A stretch of DNA of 64,000 nt from Chlamydiales bacterium. Lineage in GTDB: Bacteria; Chlamydiota; Chlamydiia; Chlamydiales; JAAZZY01. The stretch covers positions 1 through 64,000 of the forward strand of contig CBDBKM010000003.1 of NCBI GenBank assembly GCA_965206695.1, in the 5' to 3' direction. The position numbers were made by a program, and so were the translations under genes. Of this stretch, positions 11,827 to 23,801 are shown in pieces (positions within the stretch are counted from its first letter, which is position 1; each line of letters begins with the position of its first letter). The notes under the pieces were generated by a model. It did no database searches and was not told where the DNA came from. It saw nothing but the letters and a program-made list of their open reading frames with translations.

Positions 11827-12663
11827 ATGAAGAAAATATATCTACTACCCAATCTTATCACGGCCTTTGGGCTTTCGTGTGGATTATTTATTATTTTTAA
11901 ATTGAGTTTTGCTGATCCCGGCGAGGTTGGTTTCGATATGTTGCAAGGTTTATCGATGCTTCTTTTGTTAGCGGCGATTGCAGATGTCTGTGATGGAGCA
12001 GTGGCTCGTATCTTGCGAGCAGAAAGTGAATTTGGGGTGCATTTTGATTCTTTGGCTGATTGTGTCACCTTTGGAGTGGCGCCTTCTGTGATAATACTGA
12101 AGAGTTTAAGGCTGTCACCGGATTCTACTTTAGCCTTTTTAATTACAGTTGCTGCTATGATGTATTCACTTTGTGGTGTATTACGATTAGTGCGTTTTAA
12201 TGTAAAAAATAATCAAGCTAAAGAGGATGAAACCTTAAGAAAAACGGAAAAGAAAAATTTTACCGGGCTTCCGATACCTGCAGGGGCTCTAGCTTCTGTA
12301 TCTGCCGGTTTAATTCTTATGCTTGGTCAGTCAATGTGGCCTCAGCTTGTTAATGAAGAAGTTCGTGCGATTTGCATGATTCTTGTTTTGATTGTAATAG
12401 GCTATTTTATGGTTAGTCGATGGAAATTCTTAAGTATAAAAACGCTTCATTTTAGAATACGTTCTTTTTATCTAGTCTTTATTACAGCCTTGTTAGCCTT
12501 TGTTTTTCTGTACGGTATCCTACATCACTTTGCTATTATCCTCTTTGCAGGTACTTGGCTCTATCTTATATCTGCATGGATTTTATCTATTGTACGTGTC
12601 ATATCAGGAAGAAAGAGTAAAACATTAGTTGATTTTGAACCGGAACCGGATGATACGGACTGA
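11827..12663 (+). CDS. pssA: CDP-diacylglycerol--serine O-phosphatidyltransferase
   Basis: LPNLIT, DVCDGAVAR...G..FDSLADCVTFGVAP, RLVRFN, FTGLPIP. Confidence 0.92.
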   Translation: MKKIYLLPNLITAFGLSCGLFIIFKLSFADPGEVGFDMLQGLSMLLLLAAIADVCDGAVARILRAESEFGVHFDSLADCVTFGVAPSVIILKSLRLSPDSTLAFLITVAAMMYSLCGVLRLVRFNVKNNQAKEDETLRKTEKKNFTGLPIPAGALASVSAGLILMLGQSMWPQLVNEEVRAICMILVLIVIGYFMVSRWKFLSIKTLHFRIRSFYLVFITALLAFVFLYGILHHFAIILFAGTWLYLISAWILSIVRVISGRKSKTLVDFEPEPDDTD

Positions 12664-12669
12664 TTAGAA

Positions 12670-13290
12670 TCAAAGGTATTGCCTTAATAAACCCACTACA
12701 ATGCCTTGAATAGACACTTCTTCAGTCTTTATAATCAAAGGTGTAAAATTAAGGTTAGCAGGTTCTAGGCGGACGTAAGGGCCTTGTGGATAATAACGTT
12801 TAATGACTGTTTCTTGGTTCCTTATCAGCAGTATAGTCGTTTCTCCCGGCTGAGCTATTTGTCTCGCTTCTATAATTAATAAATCGGTATCTTGGATATA
12901 CTCCTCTGATAAGGAATCTCCTCTGACTTTGAGGAGATAGCTTTGGTTTGGATTAGGAACGAAAGCAGAAAGAATGGCAATATTTTCCGTATGAGGAAAG
13001 GTTTCAATAGGGATTCCGGCAGAGATAAGCCCGAGGAAAGGAAGTTCGATTGTATCTTCATTATTTTCAATTAATGGTTTATTATTTATATTGATAGATC
13101 GAGAACAGTTCTTTTCTGTTGTTATAAGGCCTTTACGTTTTAATACATTAATGTGTTTATAAACGCTTCCTAATGAAGAAAACCCAAAATGAGCCATTAT
13201 TTCTCGATAACTAGGAGAAAATTGATGACTAGTTATAAAATGTTGAATATAATCAAGAATTTCCCTTTGTCTCCGGGTGAGTCCTTTCAT
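12670..13290 (-). CDS. lexA: LexA repressor
   Basis: LTRRQREILDYI wHTH, PSYREI, Ala-Gly cleavage site (SAGIP), GDS serine, VIKR lysine. Confidence 0.92.
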   Translation of the reverse strand: MKGLTRRQREILDYIQHFITSHQFSPSYREIMAHFGFSSLGSVYKHINVLKRKGLITTEKNCSRSININNKPLIENNEDTIELPFLGLISAGIPIETFPHTENIAILSAFVPNPNQSYLLKVRGDSLSEEYIQDTDLLIIEARQIAQPGETTILLIRNQETVIKRYYPQGPYVRLEPANLNFTPLIIKTEEVSIQGIVVGLLRQYL

Positions 13291-13437
13291 AGTAAACTTT
13301 TGTTAGTTTGTTCTGAATTTTGTGACTCTAGCGAAACAAAAGCGAACTTGCAAGGGTTTTTTAATAAATTAAGAATAAGGATTTATTATGATAATTGAGC
13401 GAAAAACCCCTGTGCTTGAACATTGGGATGAAAACGT

Positions 13438-13822
13438 TTATTTGTTTTTGTGATTTTGGATAGACTTCTTAATTGTATAGTCATTAAGTTTTTCCACACT
13501 ATCAACGTAATACGATCTTGTCCATTAGGCTCTCGAGATTTTAAACTTGAGAATTCTTGTCTTAACAAGCGATTACCGGATCCTTTAAGTTGACCAATTA
13601 CAAACTGTGAAGATTGAATGGGTTGAGTTTTGATAAACATATGCACATGGTCAGGTATAATATCAAGTTCTTTAATTTCCATAGATAGTTGACTCATTTA
13701 ATAACTCTCTTAGTCTTTTCTCAATATTTCCCTCGAAAATTTTTCTTCTATACTTAAGTACACCAAATAACAGGATAACTAAGAGTAAAAAGAGCTGTCT
13801 TTGCAGTTTGCCGTCTTTCCAT
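13438..13822 (-). pseudogene. tnpA: IS200 tnpA (Y1 HUH) pseudogene
   Basis: PDHVHM, GQLKG; frameshifted. Confidence 0.85.
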
Positions 13823-13899
13823 ATGGACAATATATATATATTCTTCGCTATTGAAAGGTACACAAAAAAAGTATAAATATGATATTAATTTTGTGTGAA

Positions 13900-14200
13900 C
13901 CAATTAACTCCAAATCAAAAAAACACTTTTGAATTTCAGGTAAAAAAGACCCGTGATGTAAATGAACGTAATCATTTGTGTGTGCTTTTTGCACGAGATG
14001 ACGGTCCCGGAGCCTGATCACGTTGCTCATGTTCTGCGCTTAAGCCGGTTGATTGTTTATGAGTATTTGAGGGAATTTCCATCAGAAGGAAACACTCGGC
14101 ATGATACCGGAGGGTCAGCCGGTAAATGATCCGAACTGCCAACGAAAGAACAAGTGAAACACTTTGTTCCTACAGCACAGGAGGGATGACAGAAGAGTAA
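13900..14200 (+). pseudogene. IS630-type transposase HTH remnant
   Basis: KKTRDVNERN..IAHVLR..VYEYLREF; second copy at ~63500-63700. Confidence 0.55.
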
Positions 14201-14281
14201 ATAAAAACAAACTGATTCAAGAATATTTAAAGACTTCACGTATAGAGCTTGTCTATTTACCCTCAATATACCCCTTATGAA

Positions 14282-15292
14282 TCAAAGTGCCGATTCTAAG
14301 ACTTGAAAATGATCATTGATTCGTTTCCTCATTGATTGAGCAATAGAGGGCCAAGTATTTTCAAAAAATCCGGTAATCGATCTCCGAAATTCTTTAGCAG
14401 AATTAAAAAACCGATTATTGCGACAATATTCATTCATCACTTTCCATAATCGTTCAATGGGATTGAGGTTAGGACTGTAAGAAGGTAAATAATAGAGAAT
14501 AATACCTTGTTTTTCTGCTTCTTGTTTGGTCTGAATACTTGTATTATAAGGGCCTTGATCTAAAATAAGATGGATATTTGGAGCTGAGGGGTATTTTGAC
14601 CGTAGCAAAGCAAAATGCTTTGCCATGGTACCGCTATTTAATGTTTCATAAGCATCTATTGTTACCTTCATACTGTTTAAATTGATAGACCCCATAAGAT
14701 TCATTCGAGTACGAGAAGCTGTTGTTGCAATCAATTTATCTGTTCCCGGTCGAATCCAACCATAAGAAATTTTAGTTGCCATAGTTGGATGTACACCATC
14801 AGCACATTCAACAGGCTCATTTTTAGGCAGAGATGCCATAAGCTTGGTGTAAAATTGCATCCAAGCTTTTTGTTGATCAGAATTTGCCTTAGCCGGTGTA
14901 CCTTTAGGCTTTTTATAGGAAAAACCATGTGAGTGTAGCCAAGAAGTCATCCCTGATTTCGCGAGAACATAAGAACAGATATCTTCTACTTTGACATAGG
15001 TATGAGTTGTTAAATGTTTAATGAATTCTTCTGACTGTGGCGCAAGAAGTTTACTGACTGAACCACCGCTTTCTACATGCAATTGCTGTTTATTTTGATA
15101 TTCTTTAATGTGACGAGACACTGTTTCATCGTCTAAAAGCACAGCTTCAGCAATACGAGTATTACTCCAACCTTTATTCGACAATAGAACAGCCTTGATA
15201 CGATCTCGTATACGACCATTCTTTTCTCGTTTATGTTGCTGTCTGAGATGCTTTTCTTCTGATAGTGTTAAAAATGAATTCATACAAAACAA
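14282..15292 (-). CDS. IS630-family transposase (second type, single ORF)
   Basis: RDRIKAVLL, ADGVHP, LDQGPYN, YSPNLNPIERLW. Confidence 0.9.
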   Translation of the reverse strand: MFCMNSFLTLSEEKHLRQQHKREKNGRIRDRIKAVLLSNKGWSNTRIAEAVLLDDETVSRHIKEYQNKQQLHVESGGSVSKLLAPQSEEFIKHLTTHTYVKVEDICSYVLAKSGMTSWLHSHGFSYKKPKGTPAKANSDQQKAWMQFYTKLMASLPKNEPVECADGVHPTMATKISYGWIRPGTDKLIATTASRTRMNLMGSINLNSMKVTIDAYETLNSGTMAKHFALLRSKYPSAPNIHLILDQGPYNTSIQTKQEAEKQGIILYYLPSYSPNLNPIERLWKVMNEYCRNNRFFNSAKEFRRSITGFFENTWPSIAQSMRKRINDHFQVLESAL

Positions 15293-15649
15293 TTTACACT
15301 ATACGAATACAAAATATCCGGAGGTTTATTCGTGATGAGTATATTCTCCAAATTGAAATGCAATAGATAAGGCTTTGGAAAGTGATGAGGGAAGTACGAT
15401 ACATTTACTGATCTTAAATGAGAGGTAACGGGCTTTTTTAAAGACAAAATCCCGATTTTAAGAAACAAGCTTAAAACACGAATGAATGATACATTTCAAG
15501 TGCCGGAACTCCATCCTGTGGCTTCCAATGTGAATGAATATATCCCGAAGAGCAGTTGGTAATTTACGCCTTTGGAAAGCGTATTAGATTAACATTTGTT
15601 AATAATGGTCGTTGAATTAGGAATCCCTTCCCTTTAGAGTTGGAAGCTG

Positions 15650-16357
15650 TCAAGAAGTAAAGTACTGTTCTTTTTTCTTTATGAGATAATCATAAACAAA
15701 CCAATCTATTCCTAAAGTAATATACCACATAAGTCCTGCCGCCCATAATGTATCAGAAAAGAAATGCCCACCTTGAGCAATCCTAGTATAAGTTAAAAGA
15801 AGGCCAAGCACTAACGTAATAAAGACGGCGATATAAAATAAGGGTTTATTTTTTAACCTCATGGCGATGAAACAAAGAGCAAAAAAGAAAAAACCCATTG
15901 TACAGTGTCCTGATGGGAAGGATTTGAAATAAGAAGCTTGCTCACTAAAATTAGGTAAATAGAAAGGACGAAAATCTTGCCCTCCACCGAAGAGAGCTAA
16001 TTGAATAGGCCTTGGTCTTCCCCAAAAGCCTTTAAAAAGGATATTAATGATAAGTCCGGGACCTAAAAGTAGATTTAATATTATACATATTGAGGGAGCT
16101 CTCCACTTCTTTAGAGAAAGATAAAAATGCGATAATAGAAAATATAAACCTGCCACTCCCGATATCAAAAAAGCGGGCATCATACCAAATTTATACAGTG
16201 TGTGTGTAATAAAATTTTCTTGAAAAAGACCTCCGGATCCTGCAGCAGGCTGAAAAAATTGATGTGCAATTATCAGATCCAATTTTGATAGAAAAGGAGT
16301 AAGAATAAGAAGGATAATAATGGGTAAAAAGTACTTAAGCCGCTTTTTGAAATTCAT
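15650..16357 (-). CDS. PAP2-family membrane phosphatase (possible lipid A phosphatase)
   Basis: KGFWGRPRP, SFPSGH, RIAQGGHFFSD. Confidence 0.88.
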   Translation of the reverse strand: MNFKKRLKYFLPIIILLILTPFLSKLDLIIAHQFFQPAAGSGGLFQENFITHTLYKFGMMPAFLISGVAGLYFLLSHFYLSLKKWRAPSICIILNLLLGPGLIINILFKGFWGRPRPIQLALFGGGQDFRPFYLPNFSEQASYFKSFPSGHCTMGFFFFALCFIAMRLKNKPLFYIAVFITLVLGLLLTYTRIAQGGHFFSDTLWAAGLMWYITLGIDWFVYDYLIKKKEQYFTS

Positions 16358-17069
16358 TTTGAAAACAATACCTTTTTATTGAATATGTACAAATATAAAC
16401 AAAGGGGGTGTCACACAAAGCGAATATGGTTTTATAGCAATATTCTGCCACCATAATTTGACAGCCTACAGTAAAACTGAGTTTTAATCCCCAGAACAAA
16501 ACAAAAGTACTCACAATTATAGTATCAATAAATTGAGAAATAAGGGTAGAGGCATTGTTTCGAAGCCAAAGGTGGCGACCTTTAGTGAGGTATTTACAAA
16601 AACAAAAGACTCGGATATCGATTAATTGTGCGATGAGGTAAGCAATCATCGAACCCATTAGAATTTTATCATTAATACTAAAAATAGATGCAAATGCATT
16701 CTGATACATATCGGCATCGGTGTAGCCAAATGGGTTATTAGGAACGGCCCAATCGGAATGAGAGGGAAGACGTAAAATGATTTGGACAAAAAGCAGCATC
16801 ACTAAATTCATGCCAAAGCCAATGAAAATCATAAGCTTTGCTTTTTTAGCACCCCAAATTTCTGAAACGACGTCAGTGATCAAAAAGGTTAAAGGATAGG
16901 CAATAATTCCGGAGGTTAGAGCAAAGGACGTAAATACCGGAGCTTTGAACAGTTTAATCCCAATCATATTACAGATAGTTAATAGAACAGAGAAAAGCGT
17001 AACTAAGATTAGATAGAGAGTATCAGCTCTAGAGTTGTTTCTTTCAAATTGAGATACTGAATGGTTCAT
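16335..17069 (-). CDS. yhhQ: Queuosine precursor transporter (YhhQ/VUT family)
   Basis: YPLTFLITDVVSEIWG, GSMIAYLIAQLIDI, LWLRNNASTLISQFIDT. Confidence 0.88.
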   Translation of the reverse strand: MNHSVSQFERNNSRADTLYLILVTLFSVLLTICNMIGIKLFKAPVFTSFALTSGIIAYPLTFLITDVVSEIWGAKKAKLMIFIGFGMNLVMLLFVQIILRLPSHSDWAVPNNPFGYTDADMYQNAFASIFSINDKILMGSMIAYLIAQLIDIRVFCFCKYLTKGRHLWLRNNASTLISQFIDTIIVSTFVLFWGLKLSFTVGCQIMVAEYCYKTIFALCDTPFVYICTYSIKRYCFQNEFQKAA

Positions 17070-17282
17070 TAGATTTATAATTAGGAATAAAGATTACCTC
17101 ATTATGTCAAAAAGAGTTTTTTTAAAAAAGTTAAAAACAATTTGATAGGTAATCAATAGAAAAAATAACAATCAATTTATACAAAGATATTTTTAGAAAA
17201 AAGGGATCAAAATGGTGAGAAATATGCACAAGTTATTTCTTTACATTTGTACTCCACATCTTTATTATTACGACTTGTCTAA

Positions 17283-18317
<1,035 letters not shown>

Positions 18318-18437
18318 GCAAATTACCTGTAGTCAATAGACAAGGAAAGCTTGTTTCTTAAGAGTAAAAGCTTTATTATTTAATACTTAGTTAAGTATTT
18401 AATTAAATTAAAAAATTAACAAATGGATTTTTGAAAA

Positions 18438-19376
18438 GTGAATTTTACTAGAGAGCCGATTATAGAAACAATTATGTCTCCTAGGGAAGGTTATAAACTG
18501 GTAGTAAGAAATAGTCGAGGTGCCGGCCAAGAGGAATATTTTGTCGATGCTTTAGAAATCGTTTCTTTTGGAAATGCTTTATTTTTTCGATCTACAGAGC
18601 GGCTTAAACCCTTTCTCGTTCCGGTCAGCGATTATGAAGTTGTCGAAGTTAGAGAAACACGTATGGTGTTAAAAAACGCAGCGGTGGAACGGTCTATTAA
18701 AATAGGTGGAGGAAAGGAAGTGGCGAAACTCCCTAAAGAGGACAAGACAGTAGAAGTAGTAGCAAAAACAAAAGAAGCGACTCCCGAGCTAAAAACAGAT
18801 AAAAAGGGGCTCAGGAGACGTCATTCTCGCCGTCGCAAAACTACGCGTGAAGACACGGCAGAAGAAAGCACCACTCAAGAAAACGAGGCTCAAGAAAAAG
18901 AAGATGAGTCCAAAGTATCAATAGAAAACAATATCAAAGATACTGAAGAGGTTATTGCCAAGGGTATCCAGAGAGGAGGTGGTAATCATGATGAAAGCAA
19001 AGTCTCATCATCGGTCTTATCCTTACTCTTTCCTCCACCCTCAACCCTCATATCAGAAAAAATCAGCCAAAGTAAAAATACAACATTTTCTCAAGGAACG
19101 GTTCTTCCCCAACCGGTGATAGTGGCAGAAAGTTCTCTACAAAAAGAGAGTTCAGATCCGGAGACACCTTCAGAATCGGTTTCATCTCTTCCATCTTCTA
19201 TAGAGTCGACATCTTTTCCCGTTTCAGGAGAAAATGTCCGTGAGATTCTTACTGTAGAAGAAAAGAAAACCATGGATGATAATCTGATTGAATCGTCATC
19301 AATGATTGGTGCTATAGCAGAATCAACTCCTGAAGTACCGGCAGACGAAGTGATTAATGGAGTAGATCCATCTTAG
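18438..19376 (+). CDS. grgA: GrgA-family chlamydial transcription activator
   Basis: N-terminus FTREPIIETIMSPREGYKLVVRNS resembles CT504/GrgA; basic RRRHSRRRK patch; downstream of gapA. Confidence 0.85.
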   Translation: MNFTREPIIETIMSPREGYKLVVRNSRGAGQEEYFVDALEIVSFGNALFFRSTERLKPFLVPVSDYEVVEVRETRMVLKNAAVERSIKIGGGKEVAKLPKEDKTVEVVAKTKEATPELKTDKKGLRRRHSRRRKTTREDTAEESTTQENEAQEKEDESKVSIENNIKDTEEVIAKGIQRGGGNHDESKVSSSVLSLLFPPPSTLISEKISQSKNTTFSQGTVLPQPVIVAESSLQKESSDPETPSESVSSLPSSIESTSFPVSGENVREILTVEEKKTMDDNLIESSSMIGAIAESTPEVPADEVINGVDPS

Positions 19377-19462
19377 ATATTGATCTTTCAATGATTCAAA
19401 GTTCTAGGTGAATATTCTTGACTGTTTAAATCAAAAAACTTAACTTATTTGCTTCAAATTTC

Positions 19463-19546
19463 GCTCGGATGGTGGAATGGTAGACACAAGGGACTTAAAA
19501 TCCCTTGCTCTTTATGGGCGTGCAGGTTCAAGTCCTGTTCCGAGCA
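19463..19546 (+). tRNA. tRNA-Leu(TAA)
   Basis: GCTCGGA/TCCGAGC acceptor stem, CTTAAAA anticodon loop, long variable arm. Confidence 0.95.
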
Positions 19547-19873
19547 AGTTCTTTTTCAAAGACTTAAGTAAATTATAAATAGTCTCTCAAGTATTTCTGA
19601 TCAGGGAATTACGCAAATTTTACGCACTCGGTCAGAATACATCAGCATTAAGAAGCATCAATTTAGTTCATTATTTTACTTTTGGAATAACTAGCAAAAA
19701 GCAGTGAAATTTTCTTCAACTGCGTAATTTTTGCGTAATTTTGAGGTGCTATTTTCTTATGTTGTTGTTAATAAGTCTATGTCTTGTCAAACACGAGGGA
19801 TTAACAATCCCTTGTTGTCATTTATACTCCTTAATTCTAGTATATTTTATTTTAAATCAGCGGGGTTCAATAT

Positions 19874-20983
19874 ATGGGATCAATTAGAGAGATTATTAAA
19901 AAAAATGAATCTAAATCCTATCATGCTGAAGTGCGTTTAAAAGGGCATTCTCCTGAGAGAGCAACCTTTCGTACAAAATCAGCTGCAAAGAAATGGATAC
20001 AGGATACAGAAAGCGCAATTCGTGATGGACGTTATCGTCAATTGTCCGAATCTAAAAAGCATACACTTGCCAATCTCATAGATCGCTTCATTAAATATTG
20101 GCTCCCAAGATTTCCCAAAAGAGAAAAAAAACAAACTTCATTATTGAATTGGTGGCAATCACAATTAGGCTATGTAGTTTTATCAGATCTGTCACCATCC
20201 CTCATCGCAGAAAAAAGAGATGAACTTTTCCATGGTATGACTATAAGGAAGAAGCGGCGTAGCCCTGCTACAGTAAATCGTTATTTAGCTTCACTCTCTA
20301 CTGCTTTAGGAGTTGCTGTTAAAGAATGGCAGTGGCTGGAAGATAACCCCATGAAACGGGTTTCTAAATTGAAGGAACCTCAAGGACGAACACGGTACCT
20401 TTCATATGAAGAGAGAATCCGTTTACTAGAAGCATGTCAAGCCTCTTCTAATCCTCATCTGTTTATTATTGTGAACCTAGCTCTTCAAACAGGAATGAGG
20501 CGAGGAGAAATTCTTAATTTACGTTGGGAAGATATAAACTTTGCAACGAATACTATCACTTTGCAACAAACAAAAAATGGACATAGAAGGATCTTGCCAT
20601 TGACTGATGCCTTAAAGGCTTTATTTGAGAAAAGTTCTACGTTTGGTAATGCTGGTCAAACTCATATTTTTACACAAATCAATTGGAAGAATAAACGAGG
20701 GGTTGTTGATATTCGGTCTGCTTTTGATGTCGCATTGAGAACCGCACAGATAAAAGATTTTTGCTTCCATGATCTTAGACATACGGCTGCCTCTCATTTG
20801 GCGATGAATAACGCAAGTCAGAGTGAAATTATGGCTATATTAGGCCATAAGTCAGCGCAGATGTCACAGAGGTATACTCATTTTCAACAAGATCATTTAG
20901 CTCAGTTAATTGAAAGTACCAATAAAAAATTTATAAAGGATAAAAATCATGAATGTAGCCAATCATTTATCACCCAAGATTAA
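19874..20983 (+). CDS. Tyrosine integrase (apparently intact)
   Basis: TGMRRGE, TKNG, HDLRH, LGH, QRYTH. Confidence 0.95.
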   Translation: MGSIREIIKKNESKSYHAEVRLKGHSPERATFRTKSAAKKWIQDTESAIRDGRYRQLSESKKHTLANLIDRFIKYWLPRFPKREKKQTSLLNWWQSQLGYVVLSDLSPSLIAEKRDELFHGMTIRKKRRSPATVNRYLASLSTALGVAVKEWQWLEDNPMKRVSKLKEPQGRTRYLSYEERIRLLEACQASSNPHLFIIVNLALQTGMRRGEILNLRWEDINFATNTITLQQTKNGHRRILPLTDALKALFEKSSTFGNAGQTHIFTQINWKNKRGVVDIRSAFDVALRTAQIKDFCFHDLRHTAASHLAMNNASQSEIMAILGHKSAQMSQRYTHFQQDHLAQLIESTNKKFIKDKNHECSQSFITQD

Positions 20984-22022
20984 TATTATATTAGATCAAC
21001 TGAAAAATGTGCAGCTCTCGAAAAGCAAAAATGTTTTGTTAGCAGAACTATTAAAAGCGTTAAAATCTGATTCTGCTACAAGGAACACATATAAAAAACT
21101 AGAAGTGGCACATCAGAAAGAACTCCAAAAAGTTCAGCAGTTAAAGGAGGAAGTATATGCTTGGTTTGAAAAGAGTTTTACTGAGCTTTTCATGCTTATA
21201 AAATCTAAGCATAAATCTCCACCAGCAATGGTAGAGAATATTCAACAAATTTTAACGGGTGATAGACTGGATTTAGGTGCTTCTTACTGGGAATGCTTGC
21301 TAGAAGAATTGAAAATTCTTATTTATTATTTAGCAGATCAAGCGTGGTCAGATCATTTAAAAAAATATGCAGTATTAGATGATAATGGAGAGGTTCGTGA
21401 GTTTATATTTCCTGATTGTTTGCAACAATTATGTGATATGCACTCAAAGGATCAATGGGAGTACGAATTAGATACAAAAGGCGCGATGTCTTTAGGTGAA
21501 TTACTCTGCTTTAGGAATTGTTTCGAAATAGCTTGTATTGATTTCTCACAAAATAGTTCAGAAATTAAAAAAAGTATGGGACTGCCTGAAAGGCCGTCTT
21601 ATATGGAGTTAGATCGTCTGTATTGGCATTTCTGTATGCATTATGCTTTTCATAAGATTAAAGAGACAGAAAGCGATAGAAAAGATGTATGGTTGATAGA
21701 GGAAAAAATAAACAGATTTTTATTGCATTTTAGGAAAGAGAAGTTAAGTCAAAAAACAGGGCCTGAGGCTAAATCGGAACAAAGCCAAAGAGCAAAAGAC
21801 TGGGTGTGCGATAACTTGAGAAAGCATCTTCTCTCTTTCTCAGAAGCAAAAAGAAATTTATTCACTAATAATGAGGCGTTTATCCTATTGAAGAAAAAAG
21901 CTAAGAAGCAAAAATTTGATTTAGTAGATCGTATTTCTATTGATGTCGTGAAATCTATATTTCAACTATTACGCCAAGAACTTGATATAAAAACGAGGCC
22001 TGGTCCAAGAAAAAAACTTTGA
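20949..22022 (+). CDS. Hypothetical protein
   Basis: 357-aa ORF overlapping the integrase end. Confidence 0.75.
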   Translation: MNVANHLSPKINIILDQLKNVQLSKSKNVLLAELLKALKSDSATRNTYKKLEVAHQKELQKVQQLKEEVYAWFEKSFTELFMLIKSKHKSPPAMVENIQQILTGDRLDLGASYWECLLEELKILIYYLADQAWSDHLKKYAVLDDNGEVREFIFPDCLQQLCDMHSKDQWEYELDTKGAMSLGELLCFRNCFEIACIDFSQNSSEIKKSMGLPERPSYMELDRLYWHFCMHYAFHKIKETESDRKDVWLIEEKINRFLLHFRKEKLSQKTGPEAKSEQSQRAKDWVCDNLRKHLLSFSEAKRNLFTNNEAFILLKKKAKKQKFDLVDRISIDVVKSIFQLLRQELDIKTRPGPRKKL

Positions 22023-22174
22023 GATCAGTTTGATATTACAATAGTTCAGAGCGACCTAAATCTCATTTCTATAGAGAGATCAGTAGAATTTTAAACAACT
22101 TCAGTTCCTATCTTTATTAAACTGCACCTCTCAGATTAAAATAGTGGCATTTAAGAATAACCAGGAGTACTAAG

Positions 22175-22390
22175 ATGCTAGAAATACCAAATCTTTTCAC
22201 TGTAAAACAGTTTTGCTTAAACCATTCATGGCCATCAGAAAGTGCCTTGAGAGCAATGATTTTAAGATCACAGAATAATGGTTTTAAGAGTGCTTTCAAA
22301 AAATGCGGACGTAGAGTGCTTATCGATGAGCAAGAGTTTTTCAAATGTTTAAATCAATTACAAAATCAAGAGGTAGTAGATGGAATGTAA
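22175..22390 (+). CDS. Small HTH DNA-binding protein (excisionase/AlpA-like)
   Basis: 71 aa, LFTVKQF...KCGRRVLID..EF pattern; SD AGGAG. Confidence 0.65.
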   Translation: MLEIPNLFTVKQFCLNHSWPSESALRAMILRSQNNGFKSAFKKCGRRVLIDEQEFFKCLNQLQNQEVVDGM

Positions 22391-23801
22391 AATAGATGAG
22401 AGAGCCGAAATGACAAGCAGGCTCCCTCAATACGAAAACGATTTCAGTTTAACAGATATGGCTAAGAAAAATCAAGAGGTAGATAATAAGACATTATCTA
22501 AAATGCAAGGCGATGTTCTAAAAAAGAGCAATGCTTTTTGTGGTCAAGAAGAACCCTTACCTTTGTCTCGTGAGACTTCTTCTCCACAACCGTATCCATT
22601 CGATGCTTTGGGTGATATCATGGGGTCTGCAGCGAAATGTATGTATGAAATTATAGAAGCACCAGATGCTATTTGTGGGCAAAGCATTCTTGGAGCTTCA
22701 GCAGTCGCAGTGCAAGGCTTAAATGATATTTTCATTGATGGTAGATTACATCCGGTATCTCTCAATTTGCTTTCTATAGCAGAATCAGGTGATCGAAAAT
22801 CTGCAGTAGATGCAGTAGCAACAAGTCCTATTCGTAGCCATCAAAAATTACTCTGTGACTCTAAAGAAAAGTTAGACATCATTTATAACATTAAACAAGA
22901 AGCATGGGAGGAGCAGAATAAAAAAATGATTAAAAAACTGGATATGAGTGATATTAAAAATTTAGCTCCACCACCTCCAAAGCCTAAAGAAGGGATTATT
23001 TTAGCTGAAGAGCCTACTTATGAGGGATTAATTGAGTTGTTAGCTATAGGTCAGTCCAGTCTCGGCTTATTTAGTGATGAAGGAGGTCGTTTTTTTAATG
23101 GTCACTCTATGCAAAAAGATCACATTTTAAAAATGGCAGCTGGCTTAAGCAATTTATGGGACGAGAAAGAAGTAAGTAGAATACGGGTAGGGGCAGGCAA
23201 TAAGCTTTTATTCAATAAGCGTTTAAGTGTGCATCTCATGATTCAGCCAATTGTGCTTAATCAAACTCTCAATCAGTCGGTGCTTTTGAATCAAGGTTTT
23301 CTTAATCGGTGTCTTATGGCCTTCCCCCAATCGTTAGCAGGAACAAGAATATATAAGGAAGAAAATATCTATCAGCATGATGCAATAAAAAGATTTTATG
23401 CTGTTATCAACACTTTATTAGATGTTCCCGCTCAAGAAGAACGTATACATCTTACCTTAGATAGAGAAGCAAAAGGTGAATGGATTAGTTTTGTCAATTC
23501 GCAAGAGAAGCTTCATGGTCTTGAGCGTTATTTTAAGATTAAAGGTTTTTTAAGTAAAAGTGGAGAAATGGTTTTACGGTTAGCAGGAATAATCACCTGT
23601 GTCGAAAATCCTAATGCAGTTCATGTGTCAAGTAACTCCATACAACAGGCAATTAGTTTGCTTTTCTGGTATCAAGAAGAGCTTCTAAGGATTTATGATA
23701 TGAGTATGATTGAAGAGAAAATTAATCAAGCTATTCGCGTTCTAGAGTGGTTGAAAGCGAAAAAAGTGAAAGGTCAATATTTTCCTATATCAGACATATA
23801 G
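22380..23801 (+). CDS. DUF3987/YfjI-like protein, C-terminus cut by IS end
   Basis: AESGDRKSAVD P-loop-like, EPTYEGL, SDEGG, GFLNRCL; the stop codon comes from the IS terminus. Confidence 0.82.
   Translation: MECKIDERAEMTSRLPQYENDFSLTDMAKKNQEVDNKTLSKMQGDVLKKSNAFCGQEEPLPLSRETSSPQPYPFDALGDIMGSAAKCMYEIIEAPDAICGQSILGASAVAVQGLNDIFIDGRLHPVSLNLLSIAESGDRKSAVDAVATSPIRSHQKLLCDSKEKLDIIYNIKQEAWEEQNKKMIKKLDMSDIKNLAPPPPKPKEGIILAEEPTYEGLIELLAIGQSSLGLFSDEGGRFFNGHSMQKDHILKMAAGLSNLWDEKEVSRIRVGAGNKLLFNKRLSVHLMIQPIVLNQTLNQSVLLNQGFLNRCLMAFPQSLAGTRIYKEENIYQHDAIKRFYAVINTLLDVPAQEERIHLTLDREAKGEWISFVNSQEKLHGLERYFKIKGFLSKSGEMVLRLAGIITCVENPNAVHVSSNSIQQAISLLFWYQEELLRIYDMSMIEEKINQAIRVLEWLKAKKVKGQYFPISDI

Larger units (their letters stand above)
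13390..15653 (+). mobile_element. Degenerate IS200/IS605 element carrying nested IS630 sequences
   Basis: Left end follows TTAT with an AAAACCC hairpin; right end GAATCCCTTCCCTTTAGAGTTGGAAGCTGTCAA; similar to 26620-29220. Confidence 0.8.
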
